A DNA stretch of 58,130 bases, counting the filler, from Sphacelaria rigidula (taxonomy: Eukaryota): assembly GCA_964200075.2 (NCBI GenBank). It is 8 parts of 8 records of this genome, joined end to end, with 100 filler letters (N's around TTAATTAATTAA, not from the genome) between each part and the next. Parts side by side here need not be neighbours in the genome. Positions count along the whole stretch, not along the records: positions 43,675 to 50,852 come from CAXNAA020016117.1; positions 50,953 to 58,130 come from CAXNAA020016118.1; 6 more parts are not named here. One strand, 5' to 3'. A model generated the notes under the pieces. It worked only from the letters and a program-made list of their open reading frames with translations, did not search any database and was not told the origin of the DNA. Position numbers and translations under genes: made by a program. Positions 48,580 to 58,130 of the stretch are shown here, piece by piece (the first letter of the stretch is position 1; the number at the start of each line of letters is the position of its first letter).

Positions 48580-49250
48580 ACCGTAATAACGTACTGGTTG
48601 TGCATACATGCTACAAGACACGATGCCATGTGAGCCGATTCGTCGTGAACGGAAATTGCGAAGCTTGAATCAACATGAGTATTTACCCTACCCCGGTCAG
48701 GGGGGGGGGCAGATCATTGATGCGTTAAATGTGTGTTATTGTCATGGAAATTTAATGTCACTTCAACGTGGTTCCCCCTGAGTGATAGGTTTGCCCTTGG
48801 TGGATAGCTCCAAAGGGTATGGGCAAGTCATATATGCTTGAGAACTTCGGGACTACGTTATGTCTGCTCCGATTTTGAAGAAATCAGGCCCAATCATGTG
48901 CTTTGACTTTACTTCACGATTTTCAATTCATGGGTGAACGTTTCCGTGTGCACCTAATAACCGCACCTCGTACATGATCATATATGCAATTGATAGAGGA
49001 TGACATTGTTACGCTGCCGTCCGCTGATACACGGAAATCTGCTTGTCTAACCGTAATGTCATACTGTCTGCATACATGCCACCAGGCACGGTACCGATTA
49101 GCCGTGAACATAAATTGCGAGGCTTGAATGAACGAAACATGAGGTATTCACCCTACCCCCTGGTCAGGGGGGGCAAATCATTCAATGCTCGAAATGCTAT
49201 TTTGTCATGAAAAATGGATGCAACCTCTATGTGGCTCCCTCTGGTTGATC
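48580..49250 (+). repeat. Diverged direct repeat (~200 bp, two copies)
   Basis: 48580-48790 and 49030-49250 share TGCATACATGC, AAATTGCGA.GCTTGAAT and ACCCTACCCC..GGTCAGGGGGGG. Confidence 0.8.
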
Positions 49251-49807
49251 GTTTCGACTGCATGAAGCCTGCAACAGTTGCTCGTTAACGATTATTGTTG
49301 GTGCCCGCCTTCGAATTTATATGTAGCTACTCATGAGTGTGACAATCAACCCAAATCCACAACGATTGAGCGGCTATGAGTGAAGCTGCATGCTAATGTG
49401 TTTGCATGAGGCCACCAGGCGGATGCTCCGTCAGTTCCCATTGACCGTCTATACTCGTGCACACTCCGACAATCAATTCGAAGATGACCGCCTACTTGTG
49501 CACGTTTTGACAATCCCTTCAAAGACAACCGTCTACATGCGCGTGCTTCGACAATCAATTCGATAATGATCGTCTACCTGTCTGCGCGCTATGACCGTCT
49601 CGGAGCCAGCCCTGCCTGCATTCTTCTGGTCTTGAGAGTCCATGGATATGGGTTCCACACATTCCTTTGCCGAGATTTACACCGGAAATAATCTGATGAA
49701 AGTTGTTGGCTTGTAATGAACGACTCGTTTGTTTATCATGGAGACTATGCAAGTTGCCAACATACAAGTCGGACATCAAATGGATGAACGAAACGTTGTA
49801 TGAACCA

Positions 49808-49834
49808 TATATATATATATATATATATATTATA
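49808..49834. repeat. (AT)n microsatellite
   Basis: Seen directly. Confidence 0.95.
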
Positions 49835-49917
49835 TTATGCTTGCACCATACAACGAACAAGCAGGATTTGATTGCATACAGGAAAATGGGCGAGGACGAA
49901 GGCTCAAGATGTCAAGA

Positions 49918-50186
49918 CCATGTGTTTTCGAACAGGTTGACGGGAGATCCAGGATTTTCCCATGTGTTTCCGAACAGGTTGACAGGTGGCCAGGATTTTC
50001 CCGTGTTTGCCCGAACAGGTTGACAGGCATCCAGGAATTCCCATGCTGTCCGAACAGGTTGACAGGTGGCCAGGATTTTCCCATGTGTGCCCGAACAGGT
50101 TGACAGGCATTCCGGAATTCCCATGCTGTCCGAACAGGTTGACAGGTGGCCAAGATTTTCCCATGCTGTCCGAACAGGTTGCCATG
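49918..50186. repeat. Minisatellite of ~40 bp x ~6.5 with alternating unit types
   Basis: Core CGAACAGGTTGAC followed alternately by AGGTGGCCAGGATTTT and AGGCATCCAGGAATT. Confidence 0.93.
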
Positions 50187-52023
50187 GAGCCAGAACGTTT
50201 TTGGGAGTCCATCAATTTATACCTAGCTGTCCCCGACACGTGATACCATGGCCAAATGCACACGCGTGAACCTGTTTTGTCCGGTTGTATTGCTGTTCCT
50301 TTCATTCTCCTTCCCCTCCCTCTTTCTTTGTTTTGTTCGTTACAGTTATACTGGTGAAGTGCTGCTATTCATGTTACTGGTTTCATGGTTTCTTCACATG
50401 AATCTGTTTCGCTCGAACAAATTCCTGTTCCCCTTATTCACCTTTCCTTCCTGGTGTCCACTTTCGTATCATGATGAAAAAGTGATGTTGTCTGTTCTAT
50501 TTCATCGTGTGCTTATGCCGTTGATGAATGAGAATGTTTCATCCAGACACCACCCTCGTGACTCTTGAATCATGGAGATTGTCATATACTGCAATGAATA
50601 ATCCATAATTATTTCAATCGGTATTTTTACATCTATGTGGCACGTGCGTGCCGGTTTAACGTGTCGATTGTCACATAGCCAACCCAAAATCGGTGAAGAA
50701 TGAGTGGAAACCCCCTGAACCCTCGAGTCCAGTCCTTCTACCCGGCGGGATCCGTCCAACAGCCTCCCGTGCAAGCACCTTCCCATGCAGCAGCAGGTTG
50801 ACGCACCCTTCCACGCGACAGAAGGTTGCTGCACCTCCTCAACAGCACCAATNNNNNNNNNNNNNNNNNNNNNNNNNNNNNNNNNNNNNNNNNNNNTTAA
50901 TTAATTAANNNNNNNNNNNNNNNNNNNNNNNNNNNNNNNNNNNNNNNNNNNNCTGAATGACCGCGTTTCACTCTCAATCGTATCATCTACTCTCAATCTC
51001 ACGAAAACACTGTTCCAAGTGGTCGGGGCTCGGATTCCCGATTTATTCATCACTTACTTGCATTTTGTTCAGGTCCGACCTCCCATCCCCCGACTCTTTT
51101 TTGGCTCACCATTCCTGTAGTAAAACCTAGTTGATAACACTAACACGTAGTGCTCGGCGGAAATTCGGGAATAAATGTACCGTACTATATATGTGGTCAT
51201 GTTCACAAGGCGACTGAATCTAGCAACACTGTGGGACGAGAGACGGAGCTAGAGGCATAAGTTCTGCGTATCCCTCTGTCGAAGCGGTACAAGCGACGGT
51301 GAGGTCGTATGTAATCGACGGGAACGAACAAACTGTGTATAGGAAGCTGATCTCCGTCGCGGAAAAACGCCCAGAACATGTGAGGGAGTATGTATGCAGC
51401 GGCAGCTGCTGCTGCATTCGAAGAGGCGTATTGTACCGTGTCTGCGGCGCAACGCTCATGCCGTTTTTGCCGCTTGCAACAAAGAGGGAAATCGCGGCCC
51501 ACCGCGACCACAAAGGGCTGTGTGGCAAGGTGATGGGGAAAATACCCAAGCCCACAAGTGGCGGGCGGCGGTTGCCACATCCTGTTAAAAGCTCTCCATG
51601 CCGACTCAAACTGCTTGATACATGTGTACATTACCCGATGCTCAGAACACCCGAATTTTAGTACAGACAGTTTGTACCTGCACCCGAAAATAGATGGGAT
51701 GAAGTCATCGTTTCATGCATATGCAGGACACGTCATTCCCAACCAGCCTCGTTGATCGTTCTGGAGGCCCAGTCCCGAGTGGGTTAATCAGGGCTCCCCA
51801 GGTGGTCCCCGTCCCCCACCGTAGTACTAGCCTGGCTTAACTTTCGACGACTTCTGGCGTGAAACGTGAACCTAACGAGTGTAACGCGCAAATTCTTGAA
51901 TAAGGGTGCGCGTGCCGTAGGGACCCTTGTGTTGGTGCATACGGAAGGCCAGTCACGACACACGGTGCAGCGTAACCGTCGAACACATCGTGAGGGGTTC
52001 AGGGTGCAGATGCCACACCACAC

Positions 52024-52431
52024 CTTGTGAGCAGAATGGCAAGCCGTAATGAGGTTTGCAGCTGTGTCGACAAACCGGGATTTGTTGAGCTGTTTTCGAT
52101 ATTTCCGCGGGTCGCCCGGTTGATCAAAAAGAGGCGTAGAAGGACGGGCGGGCACATAATGACTTCAAGAAGGCACGACTACTGTACGGTTGTATGCTGG
52201 TTCACCATGGTGCGTACAGTTGACCGTGACTATATTAGAGGTGGAGATAATATCTCAAGCTCATGGTTCCCGGTGTATTCAACAGTGTGTATCAAACTCG
52301 AGGTTCACGGCATATTAACAGTAAATTACTATCATATTTAGTAAGAACCTCGAGTTTGAGACACCTCTACTGGGTACGGGGGCGGGGGATTTCCTTGTTC
52401 AACAAACTTGAAATCGAACAACATGATATAT
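52024..52431 (-). CDS. Two small phase-compatible exons of an unidentified gene
   Basis: TTTTTTCGCAG|YIMLFDFKFVEQGNPPPPYPVE|GT (~52365-52431) and AACAG|LNKSRFVDTAANLITACHSAHK|GT (~52024-52089). Confidence 0.4.
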
Positions 52432-53147
52432 CTGCGAAAAAATTGAAAAGCCACGACGCATACATGGTGTACTGTAGTACGTTGCAGTCTTCGCGCTCAC
52501 AGGCAGGGCAATCGCCCACGACGAACACCGCGTTCCAGGGTCAGGTCGAACGCGGTTGAGCCGTTGGTGAACGGACTGAGCGGTGATTCGGGAAGCGGAT
52601 CGACAACTCAGCACACGCAACTACAGAGAGGTTGCGCGGGGCTACAGCGGAGTCGTACATCAACGGGAGGGTCTGGTGGTCCCCCCCCCCCCGCCTGCCT
52701 GACCTCTATGTAGGTGTCTGTAATGTAGAGTGAAATACTTTTGCTGGAGTGCTTGCTGGCCTGCACCTCTCTGACGTGCGCCCACTGCTTTCACGCTGCA
52801 GTGCTGTCTGTGACTTTCAAAATTACGCAGCAAGAAGACAATGGACTTCAACGAATGTGTGCTAGGCACAAGGGAAGACTCTGCCAAAAGTCACCCGAGC
52901 GTAATCAAAACCGATCTACATGAGATAGCATGCAAAACTGACGAAACGGACACGAAGGACCTAGGTAGGGTACGGCAGATCCAAACCCCATTGTACTCTT
53001 TGTTGTAGGAAAAAATACGAGCGAGGGTCGGAATATCATTGATCATTCCCCTGGACGCTGTTGTAGCTTCCACCCCTCACACACACTCAAGTCGTGTGCG
53101 TGAAGACGACGCCACTAACTGACGATACCACTGTCATTGAAGCTCAC

Positions 53148-53379
53148 CAATTTTGCTATCCAGTCTGTAAATGTCCCTAAATTGTCGGTCAGTGTAGCGG
53201 TAGAAGGTGGGCGACATTATACCCCTGGATGCTACTGCTGTTGGTGCCGATGATGATCCCCGGGTGCGATAACGTCGGGCATCGTGTGGAGATGTGTCGA
53301 TCGATATCTCTTCCTTGTGTTGTTGCTCAGCACTACTAGCGTCCCCAATATTTTGATACGATGATATCTCGTTTCCCAT
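53148..53379 (-). CDS. Possible first exon of an N-myristoylated Ser/Thr kinase (CAMK/CDPK-like), possibly a pseudogene
   Basis: Starts MGNEIS (Gly2, Ser6) and ends FRDIYRLDSKI-G at donor GTGAGC; a GGSYNSV glycine-loop-like peptide follows near 53050-53075 but not in a clean splice phase; no catalytic exons found. Confidence 0.35.
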
Positions 53380-55045
53380 CAGCCAAGCATCGGTTTGATC
53401 CAGCTCTGTAGCTTGCTTTTGTTGTTATTGCTTCCGTCGCTGCTGTTGCTGATGATGCTCTCCCTACTCTGCTGCCTGCTGTCTGCACTCTCCATGTAGT
53501 TGAAGAGTTGGGAGTCATTCGGAACAGTTTCATGGAACAGGACCAGTAGTGTTGTATTATCGCGAATACTTGCGCTGCGGAGAACATCACTGACAATAAT
53601 AACAACAGTAACGTAGTGTTGCATCCGTACAACACCGTGCTGTTGTCTGCACGTCGATAGCTCTGTTGAACCTCGCGACTTTGCGCGAAAGGAGATGACT
53701 TCACCACCACCACCACTTCCACAAGAACCTGAAAACCCTGAAGACATTGTCCTCAGAGGTGGGTAAAAACACGATCTGTGATACTGATTGTGCTGACATG
53801 TCTTGTACTTTTCAATAATGTTTGTCCCCATGTCGATCAAAACAATGGTATTTGCATAGTCCATGACATGCCCTTGGATTGAACGCTAATGCTACGTGGT
53901 GTTCTCTAAGGCTCTCTGGAGCAATCGCTCAACCATCTGTACAACAATAGTAGGTGGGTCTTAGGAATGATATCGTGTATCGCGATCCAATGAAATGAAG
54001 AGACAGTACAGCGTCCCAAGTACTCATGATGACTGTTGCCCGCTCTGCAGGTACTGGGTTCGCTGAAGTCCTCCTGCTCAGTTCCTCCGCTTATCTGGAT
54101 GACATATACTGTACGAATAAATTAATGGATTTCAAAGATGTCCTACATAAGTATTCAAGGCAATGCTGAACATTTGAAGTGAAAGGAGGGCTGGGTGCCA
54201 ATATCTTGGTATAGGGACCAGCCCAGCCTTTGAATGAGGCCGACTTCTTGTCGAGCACTCTCATGTTATCCTGTGCAGGGTATATCAGTATTTGCTGTAT
54301 TTAATGAGATCGGATTACGAGTACTGATTTTGTTTTTGTTCTGCGAAACGGTACTTCCTTGGATGGTTGCGGCGAGACAAACAAATATTATGCCGCCCCT
54401 CTATTCTAAAAGCTGTTGCGAGCCTAATGCTTTGGTCAACTACTCCGCCTCTCGCACGAGTGGTAACCATGACGTCGTTGATGAGGACAGATGATCTGAC
54501 TTTTTTTCTTACGTAATGATCACGCCAGCCCCTTGCTCATGCCTCGTCGCCCTGTCCGTTCGGCAGACCGAAAGGATCACCCAGACTGTCGTTACAGCTC
54601 CTCAATTTCCAAGGCGTGCACCAGTGTCAATGGAAATCGGACGTGCGAAACCACCCGGCGAATTCTAAGGGCTTGCCCTGGTTGTCGGCCGGAACAAATC
54701 TTCGAAGATGTTCTCCGCGCCGGCGGTAGTTCTACGACTTCTACAAACGAAGCCACGGCCGACGGCCACCCGCCGGAGATGTACCGCGGAAGGCTTCAGC
54801 CGGATCCGGTAAGATATTTACAATGTAAACCTAGAAGTTATACGGCATGGACCACTATATCGCAGCCAAGCCGAAGCGTTGGGTCGTGCACGGGAGAGAG
54901 TTACTCGTACAGATCACTTCGATGTGTTGTATTTTGTTCGGACCATGAATTCCTCCGAACATCGTGTGCTCTGCGTTGCCGCATGTACCAACACACGTAC
55001 CTGCAGTGGTCAAGGCACGTAAACGATCTGCCAATACACTTCTCA

Positions 55046-55418
55046 TTGTGTGTGTTGTGTATGTGTTGTCATCCCCTCCGTTCTGGACGCCAGTCTACAC
55101 ATTTCGGTATATATGGGCGCATCGGCCAGGGTCACTCAGGAGGAGGCCAACACAACGAGTTTTTTTTATTTTGTTGTAGTGCTCCACCTTCCTTCTGCGG
55201 TGCTTGCTTCATGATTTTATCGCGAGAGGGGTTCAGCAGTCTCTTTCCCTCGTCGACCATTAATTCGAATTTTGTGTGCCCACGACATGGTCGCTCTCCA
55301 CTATTGTGCGTTCTGTCAGAAGAAAATCCCGGATCGTGTGACTGCACCGAGATTATAACCGAACACCCAACCGTCAAAAGGACTCGAAGTTACCAACTGA
55401 GCCACCGGCGCGACCGGC
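55046..55418 (-). mobile_element. tRNA-derived SINE family B
   Basis: Minus-strand head GCCGGTCGCGCCGG then A box TGGCTCAGTTGG, degenerate B box GGTTATAATC, (CA/ACA)n tail; second fragment at 2582-2625. Confidence 0.8.
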
Positions 55419-57129
55419 TACATACATTGCCTGCAACAAAGCTGCTTTGTTCTATTTAGTTCAATGGCCAGTTAATATGTCTCTCTACACGTGCAAGTTA
55501 TCCTGGGGGCAAAGGCGCGTGTTGTGTCTCGCCGTGGAAAACTCCAGATAGGTCGGATATTTTAATCGCAACTGGCGATGTCAACGGCCGCCTTCCGCCG
55601 CGAGCGCCATGCGTCACCGTATCTACTGTAAACTACGTCTCAACATTTGTCTTGCGTCAGCCCCAAAACATCCGCACCGCACAGGGTGCGGTTGTGATCA
55701 GTATTAATAGATGCTGCTGATATCGTTTTTGCATGTCGCCTACAGTACGATGTCACCGATCATTTCTTTTACGGCTAAGGTATCATCTAGTTGATCCAGA
55801 GTGTATCCGTCGCATCGTTTCTCGTTTCTCGTTTGCGGATACCAGATTCATATACGGCGAGTTGTTTGCGCGAATTCTCGTACAGAAACGGAGTCATGTT
55901 GCTCCGCAACCACAGTCGGATTTTTTTTGTTTTATCACGACTTTCGTTTCTGGCACACAGTCAACCCTGAAACCACGAGGGTGGTCCATCTGGACTATGC
56001 ATATATTTTTCAGGTCAAAGTAATGCCGGCTCAACATAAGCCTACTCTCGTCGTCTGAGGGTTAACCCCAATGTGTCCCTTGCTATCTTCTGCCTTCTCA
56101 CGTGATACACTTTAAAGTTTTTCAAGCGATCAGGTGGGAACAGCAGCGGCGGAAGCGTTGTCGACGGCGGGGTGGGCATCCCTTTTCCGCATCATACGCC
56201 GTCGCTGGAGGGGCACCCTTTTGACGACATTGTTTCGGACTTTTTCGCCGATTTTTTCAAGCCTTTCAGGGGTGAGAGGACCTTTCACTATTGTCGTCGT
56301 CATTCACGAGAAGAATCAGACGTCAGGTAGCGAGTCTTGTTCGACTTTTTTATACTGTTGGGCGTTCCAGCGTTCCTGGACTGTGAAGGTGTGTCCCACG
56401 CGGACCTCTTCCACCCATCGACAGCCATGGTGGCTGTCGGCGAATGAGCACCGTTTGTGGATTGTTACAATAGCAATCATCAATCCCGAGCGGCCGTTGG
56501 CCGCCAGATTTCCAAAAACTACAGACACGCACGACAGAAACCCCTCTATCTAATCGTTTTTTCCTCCCTCGCCCTCTCTTTGTCGCCACTCATGCATCAA
56601 ACAACAGGAGTCTTTGATGACAGCTCGATACACTTGCCGTCGCCGGCGCAAGCGCAATCACCGCCGGAGCTTAGCTCCGTCCGCCCCCCCGTGTCACATT
56701 CGCCGTGGAAGGCTAGGGTGGAAATACCAACACCCAGTTTTCCTGCACCCCATAAGGGGGTAGATCAGCAGCAGCCGGAAAGCAAGTGGCAAAAAAGCTC
56801 CGTTGTCGAACAGGCGTAACGTGTGACTCACGCGCGAGGGCGAGGGCAGAGGGAAGGGGGCGCGGGGAGGGGAGGGAGGGGGGGGTGCATTGTGATTCTC
56901 TGCGTGTTAGAGTGTTTTTGTTGTCGTACCGCTGTATTGAGTAGAGGGCGTTCGAAGATGTTCCTGTTACGAATCTCTCTCTGCCGAGCGAAATTTCAAA
57001 GGAACAAAGATATGGATGCGCGACTCTCGCATAGAGTCGGGGCAACTTCAAGCGGTTGTTTGTTCCGCGTGTACCATTTTACTGTTGTAAGAAGTGCAAG
57101 TTATGCAGCGGGACACTTGGCTTCCGTAA

Positions 57130-57720
57130 AGCAGTGTTATTCCCGTCCAATAATATGGAGGCGGTATTTTGGAGGGTTAGACGTCCAGACACGGCGCATC
57201 TGGTGTCTGGTGGTGCTGAACCTTCATGTTTGTGTAGGTTGAAGCGGCAGGTTGGTGTGGACGCAACAGTGTCGGCGACCGAAGGCATTTTGTGCGCTGC
57301 GTTGGTTGAGAGGATGATTGATGATTGTGAGCTGCATGACATTCCTTTCAGAACATTTGGCAGTTTATAATAATGACAATTATAGAGGGTGCGATATTAA
57401 ACCGGCGCGGTCGCAGCGGCAGATCATGCCAGCGTTTAACTCTGCCTGATCATCGGTCGTCGCTTGCAGTAACACAGATAGCAACCACCGTTCGGATTCC
57501 CTCATATCTTTGAGGTTGCTGCCCTCAAGGTTCATACGCCATCTCGCGCACGACGTGGCCGTGGAAGCGAGGATTACTGTGAAGCTGTTTGAGAAGGGGG
57601 CAACGTCCCCTTGCAGACAATAACACGAGATCTTGAGTTGAGGGTATCGCGACAGATTTGACCACCATGGGGGCGTCTGCTCTCGTGTTCTCTTGTTGGA
57701 ATCGACCATGATTTTTTGCC
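57130..57720 (-). pseudogene. Decayed ORF of an unknown family, copy 2
   Basis: Homologous to 41900-42470 with several third-position differences. Confidence 0.55.
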
Positions 57721-58063
57721 GACGGCGCTCATACCTGAGCATCTTGAGCTTTTGATGACGTTCACCTGATCGACTCTTTTGGATTTGTTTTCCCCATCAT
57801 TTCACTTGCGCTCAGAATGCGGCAGGGTGCATTGCTCAATTTTCACGGATGGATCGCGGCCCTCCCCACCGTACGTATGAAGGCGTGGTTTACGTCGTGG
57901 AGTCAGTACAGTACTACTGGCGTGAAGCATACGGTGCAAATTTTGTCGTTAAGTCGAGTTAAAGGACACGCTTTGCATATTAAGCGCTTCCAACCCCCAC
58001 AGGGACGTGCATCATTTGCCACCCGGGCGCCTTCGAGTCATGCTAGGATGAGGGGGGGGGGGT

Positions 58064-58120
58064 GGGTGTACTCATGATCATGCATGCCATAGTCATAAGA
58101 CCATTGACCTCGCACCCCTA
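58064..58120 (-). mobile_element. hAT-like transposon terminus
   Basis: Minus strand begins TAGGGGTGCGAGG (TAGGG starts are typical of many hAT TIRs); ~51 nt identical to 7282-7332. Confidence 0.6.
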
Positions 58121-58130
58121 CAAAGCCGGG

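Noticed and set aside
49918..50186. CRISPR-like array
   Set aside because: The intervening sequences are themselves repeated, there are no unique spacers or cas genes, and the context is eukaryotic.
54533..55459. 308-aa ORF
   Set aside because: It runs through a donor-like site and an antisense SINE; a chance open frame.

Overview
This is not one locus. It is eight unrelated eukaryotic contigs of 7,178-7,179 bp (1-7179, 7280-14458, 14559-21737, 21838-29016, 29117-36295, 36396-43574, 43675-50852, 50953-58130) joined by an artificial N44-TTAATTAATTAA-N44 spacer, so adjacency across spacers means nothing. The DNA is repeat-rich with GT-AG introns. The repeat families look like those of brown algae (Phaeophyceae); that is my inference, not a search result. 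Best-supported content: a decayed Ty3/gypsy retrotransposon (gag CCHC knuckle, LLDSGS protease, YLDD RT); a decayed Ty1/copia element (integrase, RT, RNase H, 3' LTR) whose 5' part is replaced by a ~1.5 kb fold-back inversion with junction microhomology; a TA-flanked TIR element with an internal palindrome and duplicated right end; three tRNA-type SINE families; a shared hAT-like terminus; a C-terminal exon of a TKL-type kinase; minisatellites; and several spliced or decayed ORF fragments, two of which recur in different contigs. I see no CRISPR array, operon or clearly new biological system. The best leads are the copia fold-back, an extra domain and a PAM2-like motif in the gypsy element, and the unrecognised multi-copy genes.
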